Origin: Lama guanicoe
Lineage: Eukaryota
Length of the DNA stretch: 64,000 nt
Direction of reading: 5' to 3'
Assembly (NCBI GenBank): GCA_013239625.1
Contig: MU054323.1
Location: 11,803,815 to 11,867,814, forward strand
Shown here: positions 11,743 through 24,726 of the stretch, in pieces
Position numbering within the stretch: the stretch's first letter is position 1
How the letters are laid out: each line of letters begins with the position of its first letter
Notes under the pieces: generated by a model
Seen by the model: the letters and a program-made list of their open reading frames with translations, nothing else
Database searches by the model: none
What the model was told of the DNA's origin: nothing
Made by a program: the position numbers and the translations under genes

Positions 11743-14700
11743 ACTTGGGTCTATTTCTAAACTATCCATTCTGTTCCTTTTAACTATTTGTGCAAATGCC
11801 TGTAACACTGTTTCAATAAGTGAGGCATTATAATAAGTTCTAATATTTGGCAGAGCCAGTCCTCCCACATTGTTTTTCTTTTTCAGAATTTTCCTGACTA
11901 TTCTTATTTAACTTTTATGTGAACTTTTTAATAAGCTTGCCTAATTTTTAAAAAAGGATCTACTGGTACTTTTATTTAGGTTGTTATTAAATCTATAAAG
12001 AGAATGACATGTATTCTTTTTCTACTAATGAACACAAAATATCTCTTCCATTTGCTCAAGGGTCTCCTTAAGGCTTCAGTGCTTTTAAATCCTGTTATAT
12101 ATCCTATATATCTTCTTGTTAAGTTTATTATTGTTTTAGATTTTTTGTTGTTGTTGTAACTTAGGGCTTTTCTGGTGTATATTCTGTTTAATGTCTGTAT
12201 ATATGAAAGATACTGGTTTGTGTTTACTAATTTTTGTACATTGTTACTTTATGGGGCTCTTGTGTTGTCTGAAATAGTCTTCCAGTGATTTCTCTTTTTT
12301 TCTCCAGCCATGCAGCCACGATATCTCACAAAGTTACTATTGCCTCCTTCCCTTCTCTCTTCTAATTATTTTCTCTTACCTAGTTGCATTGGTAAGTATC
12401 ACCAGCACAGTGATGAATAATAGTACTGAATAGTGTAGATCCCTGTTCTTTAGTGAGAATTCCTTTAATGCTTCCCCATTAAACATGATGCTGGCTTTTA
12501 GTCTGAGATAGATGTATTTTTAGAATGGTAAGAAAGTACATATCTGTTCCTGTTTTCTTGTGTGTATTTTTTTTAATAAAATGTGATCACTAAACTTTCT
12601 CGAAGGCCTTTTCAACATCTATGAAAATAACCGTATCTTTTATGCTAATGTTCACTAGTGCAAAACTGTCTCTACAGTCCAGGAATAAAGGCCTCTTAAG
12701 ATTAGTCTTCAAATGCATTGCTAAAATTGTTTTGCTAAATAATTTTTAGGATTTTTGAATTGGTATCATAAGTGGGATTAGTTTTTGGTTTTCTATCTGT
12801 GCATTCTTTGTCAGATTTTGGTAACTACCTCTCCTGTTTGTCTCTGCTCTGGAACATATTAGAATTGTCTGTTCCTTGGAAGTTTGATAAAATGTTCTTT
12901 GTAAAACCACACGGACTGGTGTTTTCTTCTTTGGGAAAGAGTATTTTTTGCTTTTTGTTTTCCTCCTTGGAAACTTTGGATTCTTTTCTGGGGTCAGTTT
13001 AGTAAATTTGATTTTCCTGAAAAATAATCTAAACAATTTAGACTTTCAAATGTATCTTCATAAATCTGAGTGAAATAATCTCTTGGGAGTCCTTTAATTT
13101 CCTGTTTATGTCACCTCCCACATATCATCTTTTGTTTTATGTGTCTGCACTTGCTCCTACACTCTCTTGATTATGTTAACTGGTAGTTTATCTATTTCAT
13201 TGTTGTTTTTTTCCCCCAAACCAGCTCTGAAATTTATCTCAATTGCATTACTTTCTAACTCTTTCATTTTTACTTTTATGTATTTCTTCCTTCTGCTTTC
13301 CCTCTGCTATAATCTTTTTATTCCATTATAACTCCTTGACTCAGATGATTAACTCATGTGTTCTCATTCTTTTGTGTAAATATTTAAGGCATCATTTTCC
13401 CTCTGAGGACTGCTTTAGTGTTATCGCATCAGTTCTGATATTTAGTGTTTTTATCAATTCCTGTTTTTCATAAAATCTGAACTTTCAGTTTCTATTTTCT
13501 TCTTAGAGCCATGCATTGAGGGGGTCTTTTCATTTTGTTTTGTTTTGACTTGACTTTCAGTGGAATGGTCCTTCTGACTTTCTGAATTAGTATTACTTTT
13601 TAGCTTAATTGTACTGTAACCAGAGAATACTGCTTTTTTTTTTTCTAATTTTGGGGATTTACTGAGGTTTGCTCCTAATAAATGGTCAATATGTGTGAAT
13701 GGTTCCTGGGCTCTTGAAAGTTGAATTCTCTTGATTTAGTCAACAGGGTTTACTATTCATCAATCAGATCTGACTTATTACTTACGTTAATTAGGTCTTC
13801 AATATTGCTTTTTATTCTTGTCCAGTTATCAGGAGACTGAAACATGTAAATTAAAGTAATCTGTTACTAGTGTGCTTTGGTCCACTTCTCCTTGCATCTC
13901 CTGGAACTTCGTTTTGTTTTGTTTTTTTCAATATTGCTGCTGGGTTTCTTCATTGTGAAATGTACACTTGAGCATAATGAGGTTCCTTTATCTCATTTAA
14001 AGCATTTTAACCCAAATTCCACTTCTTCTGATGCAAGCCGGTGATTACTATTTATTTCTACATTTACTTTTTCATTAACCTTTTTAAGCATTTTCCTGGT
14101 GTTCCTGTACTCATTCCTCCCGTAGTTTCAACCTTTCCATATCACTTTCCTTTAGAGGTGTCTCTCTAAACAACAAAGAATTGGGTTGTGATTTGTTATC
14201 CAGTCTGAAAATCTTTTTAAAAGGTGAGTTAAACTCATTTATATTTAGCAACATGACAAATGGGTTTGCTTCTCATTCTCATTTTATATCATGTTTCCTG
14301 GTTTCTGGGCCTTTCTGTGATTGTTTCTTCTGTGGGATTCCTCTGGGAAGGTTCATGTTTTTATTCAAGTGGTTACATTTCATAACTACAGCGTTATATA
14401 ATAATCTTAATCTATGTATTTGACAAGATTTATGAATCCTATACTATAAGCAAAGATAGAATCGGTCTATTTCCTCTTCTTCCCCTTCACTTCCCTTTCC
14501 ACAGCAATGGCATGGTCGGGGTGGGGAGAGAAACAGACACACATCCCGGGATGCCAGCTATAAAAATGCACATAGATTTAACACAGTGGCAGCTGCACGC
14601 AGGGAGGGAGGTGACACACACATTACAGAGCCCCCGGGCATCATTTACTCTGGCTAGGCTGCGTTTCTCTTCCATCACCTGATTTTAATCAATAATTTTA

Positions 14701-15261
14701 TCTTCCTTAATGTTTACCATTTATTGGTAAATATAATTAAGCTTGTATTACTTCATTTGTCAGCTCTAAATGATACCCTTTGACTCCCTGCTATTATCGA
14801 ATGAGGCATTCAGACAATTTTCTCTTTTCCCCCCTTCCCCTTCCCATCTTGGTTGGCTAGGTTATTTCTGCATCATCAGGGCACATAACCTTTACATTCT
14901 CCTCTGTTGCTCTAATCCTTCTATTTGTTTTAGTTTTAGCGTAGAATGACAGCTGGAACTACTCAGCATTCACCCTGTCTTTTCTCTGTTAGCTGAAGTT
15001 CATCCTCCACTAGTTTGCTCAGGAAGAGCTCATGAGAATAATATTCTGAGTTACTGCATGCTCAAAACTGTCTTTCTACTTAAAAGATGGCTGGGATGGA
15101 TACAGATTTTGGCTCACACTTTCCTTGCTTACACTGTAGATGCTCACTGTCTTCTGGGCATTGAATGTTGCTGTAGAGGAAACTGGAGCCAACCTGATAC
15201 TTTTCTCCTCGTAAGTGACTTGATTTCTTTGCCCAAATCCCCAATAAATTGTTTTTCTCAG

Positions 15262-15385
15262 CTTTCTTTCCTTTCTTTCCAGTCTGTCTGTCTGTCTTTC
15301 TAGTCCGTCTATCTTTCCATCTGTCTCTTTCCTTTCTTTCCTGATTCTTTCTTCCTTTTCTTACCTTCCTTTCAACTGTCTTTTC
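15262..15385. repeat. CT-rich (TTTC/TCTG) low-complexity tract
   Basis: Visible directly in the sequence. Confidence 0.75.
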
Positions 15386-15394
15386 CATGATCCT

Positions 15395-16830
15395 TTTGTT
15401 AATTTCAAAATAATTTCAAACCTTTAAACAAAAGTTGCAAGAGCAATACAAACTCTTACATCCCCTCCACACAAATTCCCTAGATGAGAACATTTGACTG
15501 TATTTTTCCCATTTGAGGAATGAGAGAAAGAGATTTTCTTTTGGCATGATGTCTTTCCTCTTGAATTACTCCAGTGTATGCCTCCCAAAGACAAAGATCC
15601 CTCTCCGGAGCATAACCACCATACAAACCCTCCCAGTCAAGAAATCAACACTGATACAGCCTGGCCCACAGGACCACTCAAATTTCTCCAACTGTTCTAA
15701 CAATGTCTCCTTTCCCTTCGTGGTGTAGGTTCATATCCACCAACGTGTGTTCCGTTTACTGGTCATGTCTCAATAATCTCCTCCAATCTGGAACAATTCC
15801 TCAGTCTTTCTCTCTTTCTCAAGTCCTTAAAAGTCTCAGAGTTACAGGCCTTTCATTCAGTGGGGTCTGGGTACATCTGATGCTTCCACATGACCAGACA
15901 AAAGCCATGCGTTCTTGGCAGGAATACAATAGAAATGATGCTGTGTTCTCAATGCATCACATCCAGGGTGCCCTAGGTCAACCCATTCCACCATTTTGCT
16001 CACCTGGCCAAGGTAGTGTCTACCAGGTTTCCCGACTGACAATTCACCATGTTTCCACTGTATTTGACTACAATTTAGTGGGAAGTTATTCCCATACTGT
16101 GCCAATACACTGATCTTTACGAAACCTCCACCCACAAAACTTAGCATCCACTGACAACCCCTGTCTGTATCAACTACCACTATGATAGTTGCCAAGTGAT
16201 GAATATCTACTACATCCATCATTCCTTTTACATTTCTCAGTTGGCATTCTACTGTAAGGAAAAGTTTCCCCTTCTCCCCCACTCACTTATCTATTTGTCT
16301 ATATATCCACTGACCCATTCATTCATTCATATATAACATGGATTCCTATTTTATGCAATAGGTTGTAATCTGATACTCATTATTTACTTTGATGCTCAAA
16401 TTGTCCTCAATTTTGCCCTTGGAAACTCCAAGCTGGCTTTTGTGTCCTTTTGACATGTTCTAGTATTTTCTTTACTTTCTGCAAAAATAAAATACTTTAG
16501 GTCCATTTTATATTTTCTCTGCCCCATCCCTTCAATCAGCCACTTCTCTGAGGAGCCTCAGTCACTTTTAGTGGAAGACAGTTATTGGAAACCAGGGTCT
16601 GAGTATTCAGTGTGCACTCAGCGCTACTGCAATGCCACTGCCTCTGGACCATCTGAGCAGAATGAATTAGGAAGTACATGTATGTATATACACGTACTGG
16701 TACTTCTAACTCCAGTCCAGCACCCCAGGCTCTGTCTAGCCTTCCCTCTTTGCATGTTTACAAATCTCTTCTCAAACAGTAAAAAACATGGGTCCTATTA
16801 TCCTCTATAGATTTACCTGCTCAATAAATA
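15395..16830 (-). mobile_element. L1MC4/5-like 3' region nested in the older L1
   Basis: Antisense L1MC 3'-end motifs AATAATTTCAAAC...AAAAGTTGCAAGA, CATAACCACCATAC, TATTTACTTTGATGCTCAAATTGTCC. Confidence 0.7.
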
Positions 16831-17799
16831 ACTATTGCCCCATAACTAATCTCCCAATCATTCTAGTCACCTTCTGTGCCTGCCACCTCCACACCTACTC
16901 TCTACCCTGCTGGGAAGAGGAGGAGGGGAAAGGGAAGGAGGGAGGGAGGCAGGGAGGAAAGAAAGAAGGGAGGGAATTACTCCCTTTCTTTAATGCCTAA
17001 AATTTCCAAGACTGCATCTTGATGTTAACTGTTCTGGGTAATTTTCCCCAAAGCGCAAATTTGTGTTCTTTCAACACTGAGATTTAATTCTTCTCTTATA
17101 TCATGAAAGCTTCCCTAATTTATATTTTAAATATTTGTTCTATTCAATTATCTTGTGTTTTCCTTCAGGGACCAAAATTAGGCTTCTGTCAGATTTCCAC
17201 TGCCTGTCTTCTAGGTCTATCATTTTCTCTCTAATCTTTAGTAACATTTCCCTTCTTTCAATTGCATTTATTCACCATTCTCATTTCTGTTGTCCAAGTT
17301 CCATGCCAAATTTTCCAATGTTTATTTTCCCTTGAGATCCTTCCAACTTTATCTTCACTTCTGAGACAGATTTGCCTTTTTTCCATTTCCCCCTCAAGTT
17401 CTGACAGCTCGTATTTCCCTACCTCTTGCCATCATGTCATCCTTTCCAGAATCCCTGTTTCTGCTTCATAGCTCTTCTTCATAGAAATGATTGCTTCAGT
17501 GAGTTCTTTAAATTCACTGTAAAATATCAAGTTTCAGTTTTCATCTCCTCCCTACATTTTCCTAGGAATCTTCCTTATTTGGGGTAGTTTTGTGGCTATT
17601 ATTGATATTTTGCACTGTAATATCTTTGCATTGATTCTACCAATACGCTCAATTTCTCATGTCTCTTTCATTAGTTATCATTGAACGAGTGGACTTTCTT
17701 GGTCCAGCTCTTGGCAGGAAGTTCCTGTGGGATAGAAGGAAAGACCAGGGTAGACTTTCATTACATAACAACAACAACAAAAAAAAGCTCTTTGTGGGA

Positions 17800-17970
17800 A
17801 AGAGTAACAACTGGGAGGAGGCACAAGAAGATTTTCTGGGTGCCAAAAATGCTCTAGAACTTGACCTGGGTCAAGTTACATAACTGTACACATGCATACA
17901 GGTTTGTCGAGCTAAAAATTAGTTATATACTTTACTGCATGCATGTTAGCCCTCAAGAAAAATGTTAAGG
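17800..17970 (+). mobile_element. Old L1 3'-end fragment
   Basis: GAGGCACAAGAAGATTTTCTGGGTG...CTTGACCTGGGT...TTTTACTGCATGCATGTTA followed by an A-rich tail. Confidence 0.6.
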
Positions 17971-20900
17971 AAGGAAGAAAAGAAGAAAGAGGGAGGGATG
18001 ACTTTTTTCCTGCTGCAACAGATATTACTTCTTACAGACAGGTCTCTCTGGAGAGTCTTGTATCAACTCACCTCCTCTGCTTCTCAGAAGCAAAACAGGC
18101 CCAGGAGGCACCCTCCTTCAGTTCTGCTCATGCCAGTCCCTGCCCAGTGTCTGCAAATAAGGGATACAGCTGGGACCCTTCAGGATGCCCCTGCACCTCC
18201 AGGACACACATTTTGCTGACACTCTATGCCATCTGCAGCCCCGTAGCCCTCCTGCTGATCTTCTAAACCTCTTCACATCTGCCAGCGGCCTCTCCCGAAC
18301 CCAGCTGCTTGGGTAGCCCTTGCACACACTTCAGATTCCATAGATGATATCTCTTCTATAATTCCAAAGAAAGTGACATTTTGCATTTCTGAATGATTAC
18401 TATTCTCCACGTTGCTTCTGTATAATATCCAACAGCAGAAAGCAAAAAGAGTTTGTCTTGTACAAACAACCATATCATGCCAAAAGCCCTGTTTGCCTGG
18501 TCTACTGGGTCATCACAACAACTCAAACCAGTCACCCATGAGCCTCAGTCTCCCCATTCACAGAATGGGAGAAGGAATATCTGTCCTTCTCTGAGCTGCT
18601 TCTGAAGATGATCAAAGCAGAGTACGGGGGGTGCAGACATGAGGCAAGTCTCAGTGCGCTTAGGAAGAGTTTCCTAAATGGTGAGAAATATGGTGCTTTC
18701 CATGGTGCTGATCATTTTACCTCTCACGCTACTTCTTTAGAACTACTCTTCTGGAGACTACCAGCCAGAAAACAGCTGGTTCTTTAGGACTAGACTGTAG
18801 ACTCTCACCACCTCCCCCAACACCACCCACACTCACACCCACAGACATAGCAGATTCTTCAAAATACCAATGTGCTGGCTGTCCTGTCTCATTTCTCTTA
18901 CTGGCTGCAAAAGTAGCAGTAGGAATGTGCCACTACTTGGCACCATCCGCCTGACTGTGAGCAAACAGGCTCCCTCAGCCAGGTGGTGTGATTTGGGAAA
19001 TGCCAAACCGAGGTTCCTGTCTCTGACCCCATGTGAACCCCAAAGTTTCAGGCTACAGATGGTCAGTGTCAAGTTACCAAGGCCCCAGGTCTCAGCCTTC
19101 ACCGTATCAGTCACAAATATCGCCTTTACTAAGAGAAGTGGCAGATGGGAACATAAATTCTTCAAAAGCAATTCGCTTGCCAAGGACTAAGGAACATATG
19201 AATGAAGTGTGAACAGTAAATTTTTCCAAGTTCAGGAGGCTGGACACGTCACCCACTCAGCTATACACACAGGCTCTAGAAGAGCCGACCTAGTTTTCCA
19301 TCCAGCTGAAAACCTCCCCGGCTGATTTAAAGGCAAACACAAAGGTCTGTTCTCTCTCCCCTCTGCTACCCCTTCAAGGCCCAGAACTACAAGAGTGAAA
19401 CTCAAGCAAGGCAACATGAGTAAGGAGCATTGAGCATTCTGGTTTTTTCCAAAAGAAGGCTAAAAACAATCCTTTGATTAAAACATCGTGAGATCGTATG
19501 CTCTCTTTCAAAAGACTCCGCGAAATGGAAGGAGTTCCCCTGGGAAATGAGAACTGTATGCGTGTTCATCGTCTGTGTGCTCTGTCATGGTTTTCATGGC
19601 TGGAGGGTCCAGCAGGCTCCCAGCATCCCAGTCAGCAGTTCTTATCTCCCTCCTGAGCTCTGCATTATATAGAGGCAAACATAGCCAACTTGGAACAGGC
19701 AGAATGCAAAGAGCTTGGATTCAGTGCCAAGAGGCCAAGTTCCAGATAAGTTCCGCCACCAACCATCTGAGTACTCTTGAGAGGGTAAACTCCTCCTTCA
19801 TCTTAGCATCCTCAGATACAGGGAGAGAAAATGGACCTGATAAACCCAAGGGATCCCTGCTTCAACAAGTGAGGATTCTGGCTTACGCCCCTGAGCCTGG
19901 CTGTTATCTCATCGCCCAGATCTGATACCCCTTCCACCACACCGTAACAGAAGGCCTGATGCTTTGTGAATCAGCCGTCACTTCACCCAGGACTGGAATG
20001 TGGCTGTTATGGTGGCAAAACACAGTCATTACTTCAAAACCAACGGCAGTGGGAAATGGCAGAGAAAATAAAATTCAGCAAACTCTTACTGCAAAATCAA
20101 ACCCACAGATGAAAAAGTGGAGGAAGTGACTGCCTAAGTAGCATTTCTCTAAATTGCCCACCTTTTGCTTCTCTACAAGAAACAGATAACAGAAGAAAGC
20201 CACCCAGGGAGTCGAAAAATGCATCATCCCTTGTTCTTAGATGAATTCAGTCTGCTAATAGCGCTGATACTTTTAGGAAACCAAAGACAAGAAATCTTGG
20301 GCTTAAAAGGAAACTGTCAGAATGTGAAATGATGCCCTCTCTCCCTTCTTGAAAGTGTAAACTGGTTTGGCTCAAATTATGCCCAATTAGGACACAGTGA
20401 AAATGAAATACACATGAGCACACGTACACAGAGACGCTCGCACCCAGGCACAGCCCCTCCATCCTAAGACAGTGCGGACAGATTGAAATGGACACGATGC
20501 GGTACAATCATTAAACATCTCTCCAGCTTATTTGTGTGCAGTGTGTCTCAATAATGTGTTATGAGGTGTGTTTGTAATTGGCTACTGCTGATAGTGGTCC
20601 TTGAGAGGGAAATGGAGTGTGTCTAAATGCAGACAAAGCTACTTAGCGCACCAGGACAAGACAGGATGTTTCTCACAAGGTCCACATGGGATACTCAGGG
20701 CTTCTTCCACCCATAGCTTGGGAGAGAGAAAGAAGGAATCATCTGTCTCAATTTTCTCAGCTCCAGAAACAATATTTATAAAATAGAAGGTGATTTCAGA
20801 GCTCATTTATTTTCCTGGTTCACAGTCCCCACTCTCTGCTGACATCATTTTCTAACCAATTTTATTTCCAACAATCGCAGGAACAGCCTCAATTCTACTT

Positions 20901-23899
20901 GAAATCATTAAAAGCAAATCCATTCTTTCCTTGTCTTTGAGTCCTATCTCTCAAAAAAAAAAAGGCTTAATTTCTGCATTGCCTTTCTTTGAAACAATAT
21001 TCCAGATGTCTGAATAGCCAGATTCAATCCTTTTTTCTCCCTTTCTTACCTCCTCAGTCTCTTTATCCCCTATAAATGCAAGAAGCACACAGATTCCTCC
21101 CGATCTCCGTTTCTAGACACTCCATTCACTGGCTCATCAAGTCGAAGGTTGCCTATCTGTAGTGACTCCAAAGGACACGTCTTCCAAACACTAGGCATCT
21201 CGGAAATTGAACAGGACAAGGATTTAAAAAGTCACCAAAAGAGAGAACCCTATTTCTTACCCAGAAGGCAATCTTTAATGATAAGCAACATAAAAGCTGT
21301 GGCCATGTGCTGGTACAGAGACAATTAGCACCATCTCCCTTGGACTGAGAGCGATGGGAAGGAGTGACAGCACGGGGACTCGATGTTAGCCATCCCTTGC
21401 TATGTCCTTCCCCTGACCTCCCAGTAGAATGAGCATGGAAAAGAAGACAGGCTTTGTTCTTAGGGGAGCCATGTGAGGCCTGGTAACCACCACAATTTTT
21501 CCCTACGTGCTCAGAAAACCATCTGTTCTCAAATTTGGGGGAATTAATGTCAAGCTGATTAGTCTTTTTCTCTGAATACCAGACCCTCAAGGATACAGGA
21601 AAAACTGACTCTGCGAGAATTACATCAACTTACACAGGCACTAGATTCAGAGAAAAAAAATCTGTAAGTCAGATTTTTAAAGCTATGACTTACCCTGACT
21701 CATGTGGGTTAAGGAAAAAGGTGGGAACTTGGACTTTAGTCCTCCCTCGTGTATGTAGCCCATTTGTAAGACAGAGCTGGACAAACTGTCCCTCGCCCTC
21801 TGGTCTGCCAGCAGGGCCAGAGAATTTAAAACAGGGGGCACACCAAACCCTCAAGGATTCATGCTGGGGTGAAGCAGAAAACAAAATGCTGCCCCCTATT
21901 TCCACCCCGAAGCCCCAGGGAACCATCCAGGCTGCAGATGGGAAACTGCCATCACCAGCATAAAGACCCTGGGATTCTGCAGCCCCGAGAGCCAAGGACG
22001 GAGGCCTCCCAGGGTGGCCACCCTGCAAGACTTCACAAGTCCCCAGGGCAAAAGGCCAGGGCTTACACACTTATTCTCACAAGGCCGAGTTCATCACTGG
22101 ACACATTGCAGATACTCATCCTAAACATTTATAGAGTTTAATCTGTTCACTAAATCGCTGGTGGGGGGGGCCCTCTCTGCTGGTTCCCAGGCTGGTTGGA
22201 CTAGGACAGCTTTCCTTTCCCCTGCCCCGTGTGGCTTTCATCTAGGACTTCAAACTAAAACCCAGCAAACTGAAAATAAACTATAAAAAACTATCACAGA
22301 CTGCACCAAGCTCATCCCTGAACCTGCCCCTCTGGAGAAGCCTGCAGTGCACCTTAAGAGCTTTGGCTGCCTTTTAAAATGAGGTGAGATGATGCAGGTA
22401 AATAGATGTTTGCTTAAGGCTTTTCTTCCAACAAAGGTCCTTATTTGGCTTTCATCACTTTTTCTATGCAAGATGAGTTTCAATGTGCTTCTCTCCTCTT
22501 CTGACTGCATCTATTTTGCTTCTTTCTCATATTTAATTTACTTTTTAATTTTTTATATAGGCCACCAGCAGCACCGTGACCAACAAGACAGCCCTGCACA
22601 CAGCTGCTGCCTCCACCCACGGGGCTGGGCGCCTCCTCTCCCTATGGCTTCTCTTTTCTTCTGTGTATCCCTCCTTGTTCCACAAAGGATGTGGGCTCCC
22701 CATCAGTCCAATTTTGTAAAAGACTGTCCTTGAAGATGGCCAGTGGTCACACTCCTGCCCATTTGGCAGAAGGTCCTTGAAACGCTCCTCTCGGAGCACC
22801 GGCCCCAGGGCGCAGGGGACCAACCTACCGCTGTGGCTTCGTTACTCTGACCACTGTTTGAGCAAATTCTGGGCAAAAACCTGTGCTTCTCGATTCCACT
22901 ATCACATCGGAGTCAGGCCTCCCAATCAGCAAATAAATCACAGTGGACATTTATGGACCTGTAACCTCGAATAAGTCCCTTAGTTTCTCGTCTTGCTCTT
23001 CATGTAAACTGGGGAAAATGCTGCCTAACATAGGGTGTTGGGTGGAGAGTAAACAAGATATACAGGACAGCTCCAGGCACAAATTTTTGTATGGAACTGA
23101 TGTTTAATACATTCTGAAAAAGATGATCTCTTGACTTATTCATGAGCCAGTCTTTGTGACATATTATAGTCCTCAAGGAAAAACAGCCAACATTCACCAC
23201 CAGGTCATATTCCAATTCTTTGCACTTGGAAGGACATATGATAACATCTAGGCCAATGCATTTCCTAACGAGTCAGGGTCCACTTGGCATTCTGCCCACT
23301 CTAAGGAACCAAATCCTGTACCATTCTCAGTGTCCACAACACCTCTGAGTCTGTCCCTGATTTTCCTTCCAACCCTCCCCTTCCTGCCATCCCCAAATTC
23401 TTCCCTTTGATCTTCATGCTACACCAAGTCCTCCTTTCTGTGGTTAGAAAATGCCATCACCATATGCTTCTGGAACTCTTACTTTACGATGGATTAAACC
23501 TAAAAGCCCCTAACAGACCCCATAAGAGAATACTTTCAGTCTAGATAAATTAGGCCTATTCAGTGGTATCATTCTATGCAGCTACTATAAAATCACAGTA
23601 ACACTTCCCAATGCATAGAAATTCTTTCGAAACCAGAGCAAAACCCATCTCCTAGAAGGTTAACAGGATACAAAAGTCAATGCAAAGACTCTATCTTCTC
23701 ATCTTCCTCCTAGAACTTAATTGCTCTACAAAGAGACCTACATTTAAAAACAAATTTGCTGGGAAGTGACTGAAAATTCACTGTTGAAAATTCAGGAGCT
23801 GATGAAGCAGTTTTGGACTATGGTCTTGAACATGCCCCTGCTGACAACTGGACCAGTCTCTCTCAATGCCAATCCAGCTAACTGCAGGATGCTGTTTTG

Positions 23900-24684
23900 A
23901 GCCTGGCAGCCGCAAGACCAGCAAGCAGGTATGGTCTGGAGTCTGTGAAGAGAGATACCTCAGGTCCTGCAGAGTTGGATGGAGAAAGCTGTTCAGGATT
24001 GAAAGAGGGCAGCAGCAGAGGGGCCAGAGCAAGCTCAGAACTCCCAAACCCTGTGGGCAGCTCAGCCCAGAGAGGGACAGACCCCAGGAGGAAGGCAACT
24101 CAGCTGGCTGAGTGTTCTGAGAGGACTTCCTGTCTCCATGGCCCAGAGAAAAGGCTGGAAGCTGAGCAGCCTGCCAAGTCCTCTCTAGCCTGGAGCTAGG
24201 GTACCTCAGGGGCTCCTTCTGGTGTCTCGGGGAACTGACAACCTGCCAGGGGGAACCACTCCGAAGTACAAGAGCCAAGACTGCAATGCCATCACCACTC
24301 TCTGCTGATCACACCTGAAGGCAGTGGACAGCTGGTCCTAAGACTCATCCAGTAGACAGAGGAAAAGAGCCCCCCCCAGAGGGGACCAGAAGCCAGAGAG
24401 ATGAATGAGCAGAACACCCAGAAGGCAAGGCTGCTGATAAAACAGAGCTGTTGGCAGAGGCAAAGGGCAACACAAGCGAAAAAACCAACAACAGCGCTTA
24501 ATGATGTTCAACTACAGCACCAGAAAAAAAAAAAAAAGAAGAAGAAGAAGAAGAAAAAAAGGCTCTCTGGTACTAAAAACCATGGTTTTCAAACTAAAAA
24601 GCTCATTAGATGAGTTGATGAAAGGGATGGTTTCTATACTGACCTGAATTGTTGGCTCAGGAGATCAAATGGAAAAAGAAATAA

Positions 24685-24726
<42 letters not shown>

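Larger units (their letters stand above)
10830..17770 (-). mobile_element. Old degenerate L1 (L1M/L1ME-type) with ORF2 and ORF1-like remnants; hosts nested insertions
   Basis: T-rich plus strand. Minus-strand translations GGLALPNIRTYYNASLIETV (to 11868) and YDHLLFDK...WRKSLNK (11390-11614) match L1 ORF2 motifs. ORF1-like antisense sequence lies near 15000-15250 and 17000-17700. Confidence 0.75.

Noticed and set aside
24401..24613. Poly-lysine ORF
   Set aside because: It is the translation of an A/(GAA)n tract inside an L1 remnant.
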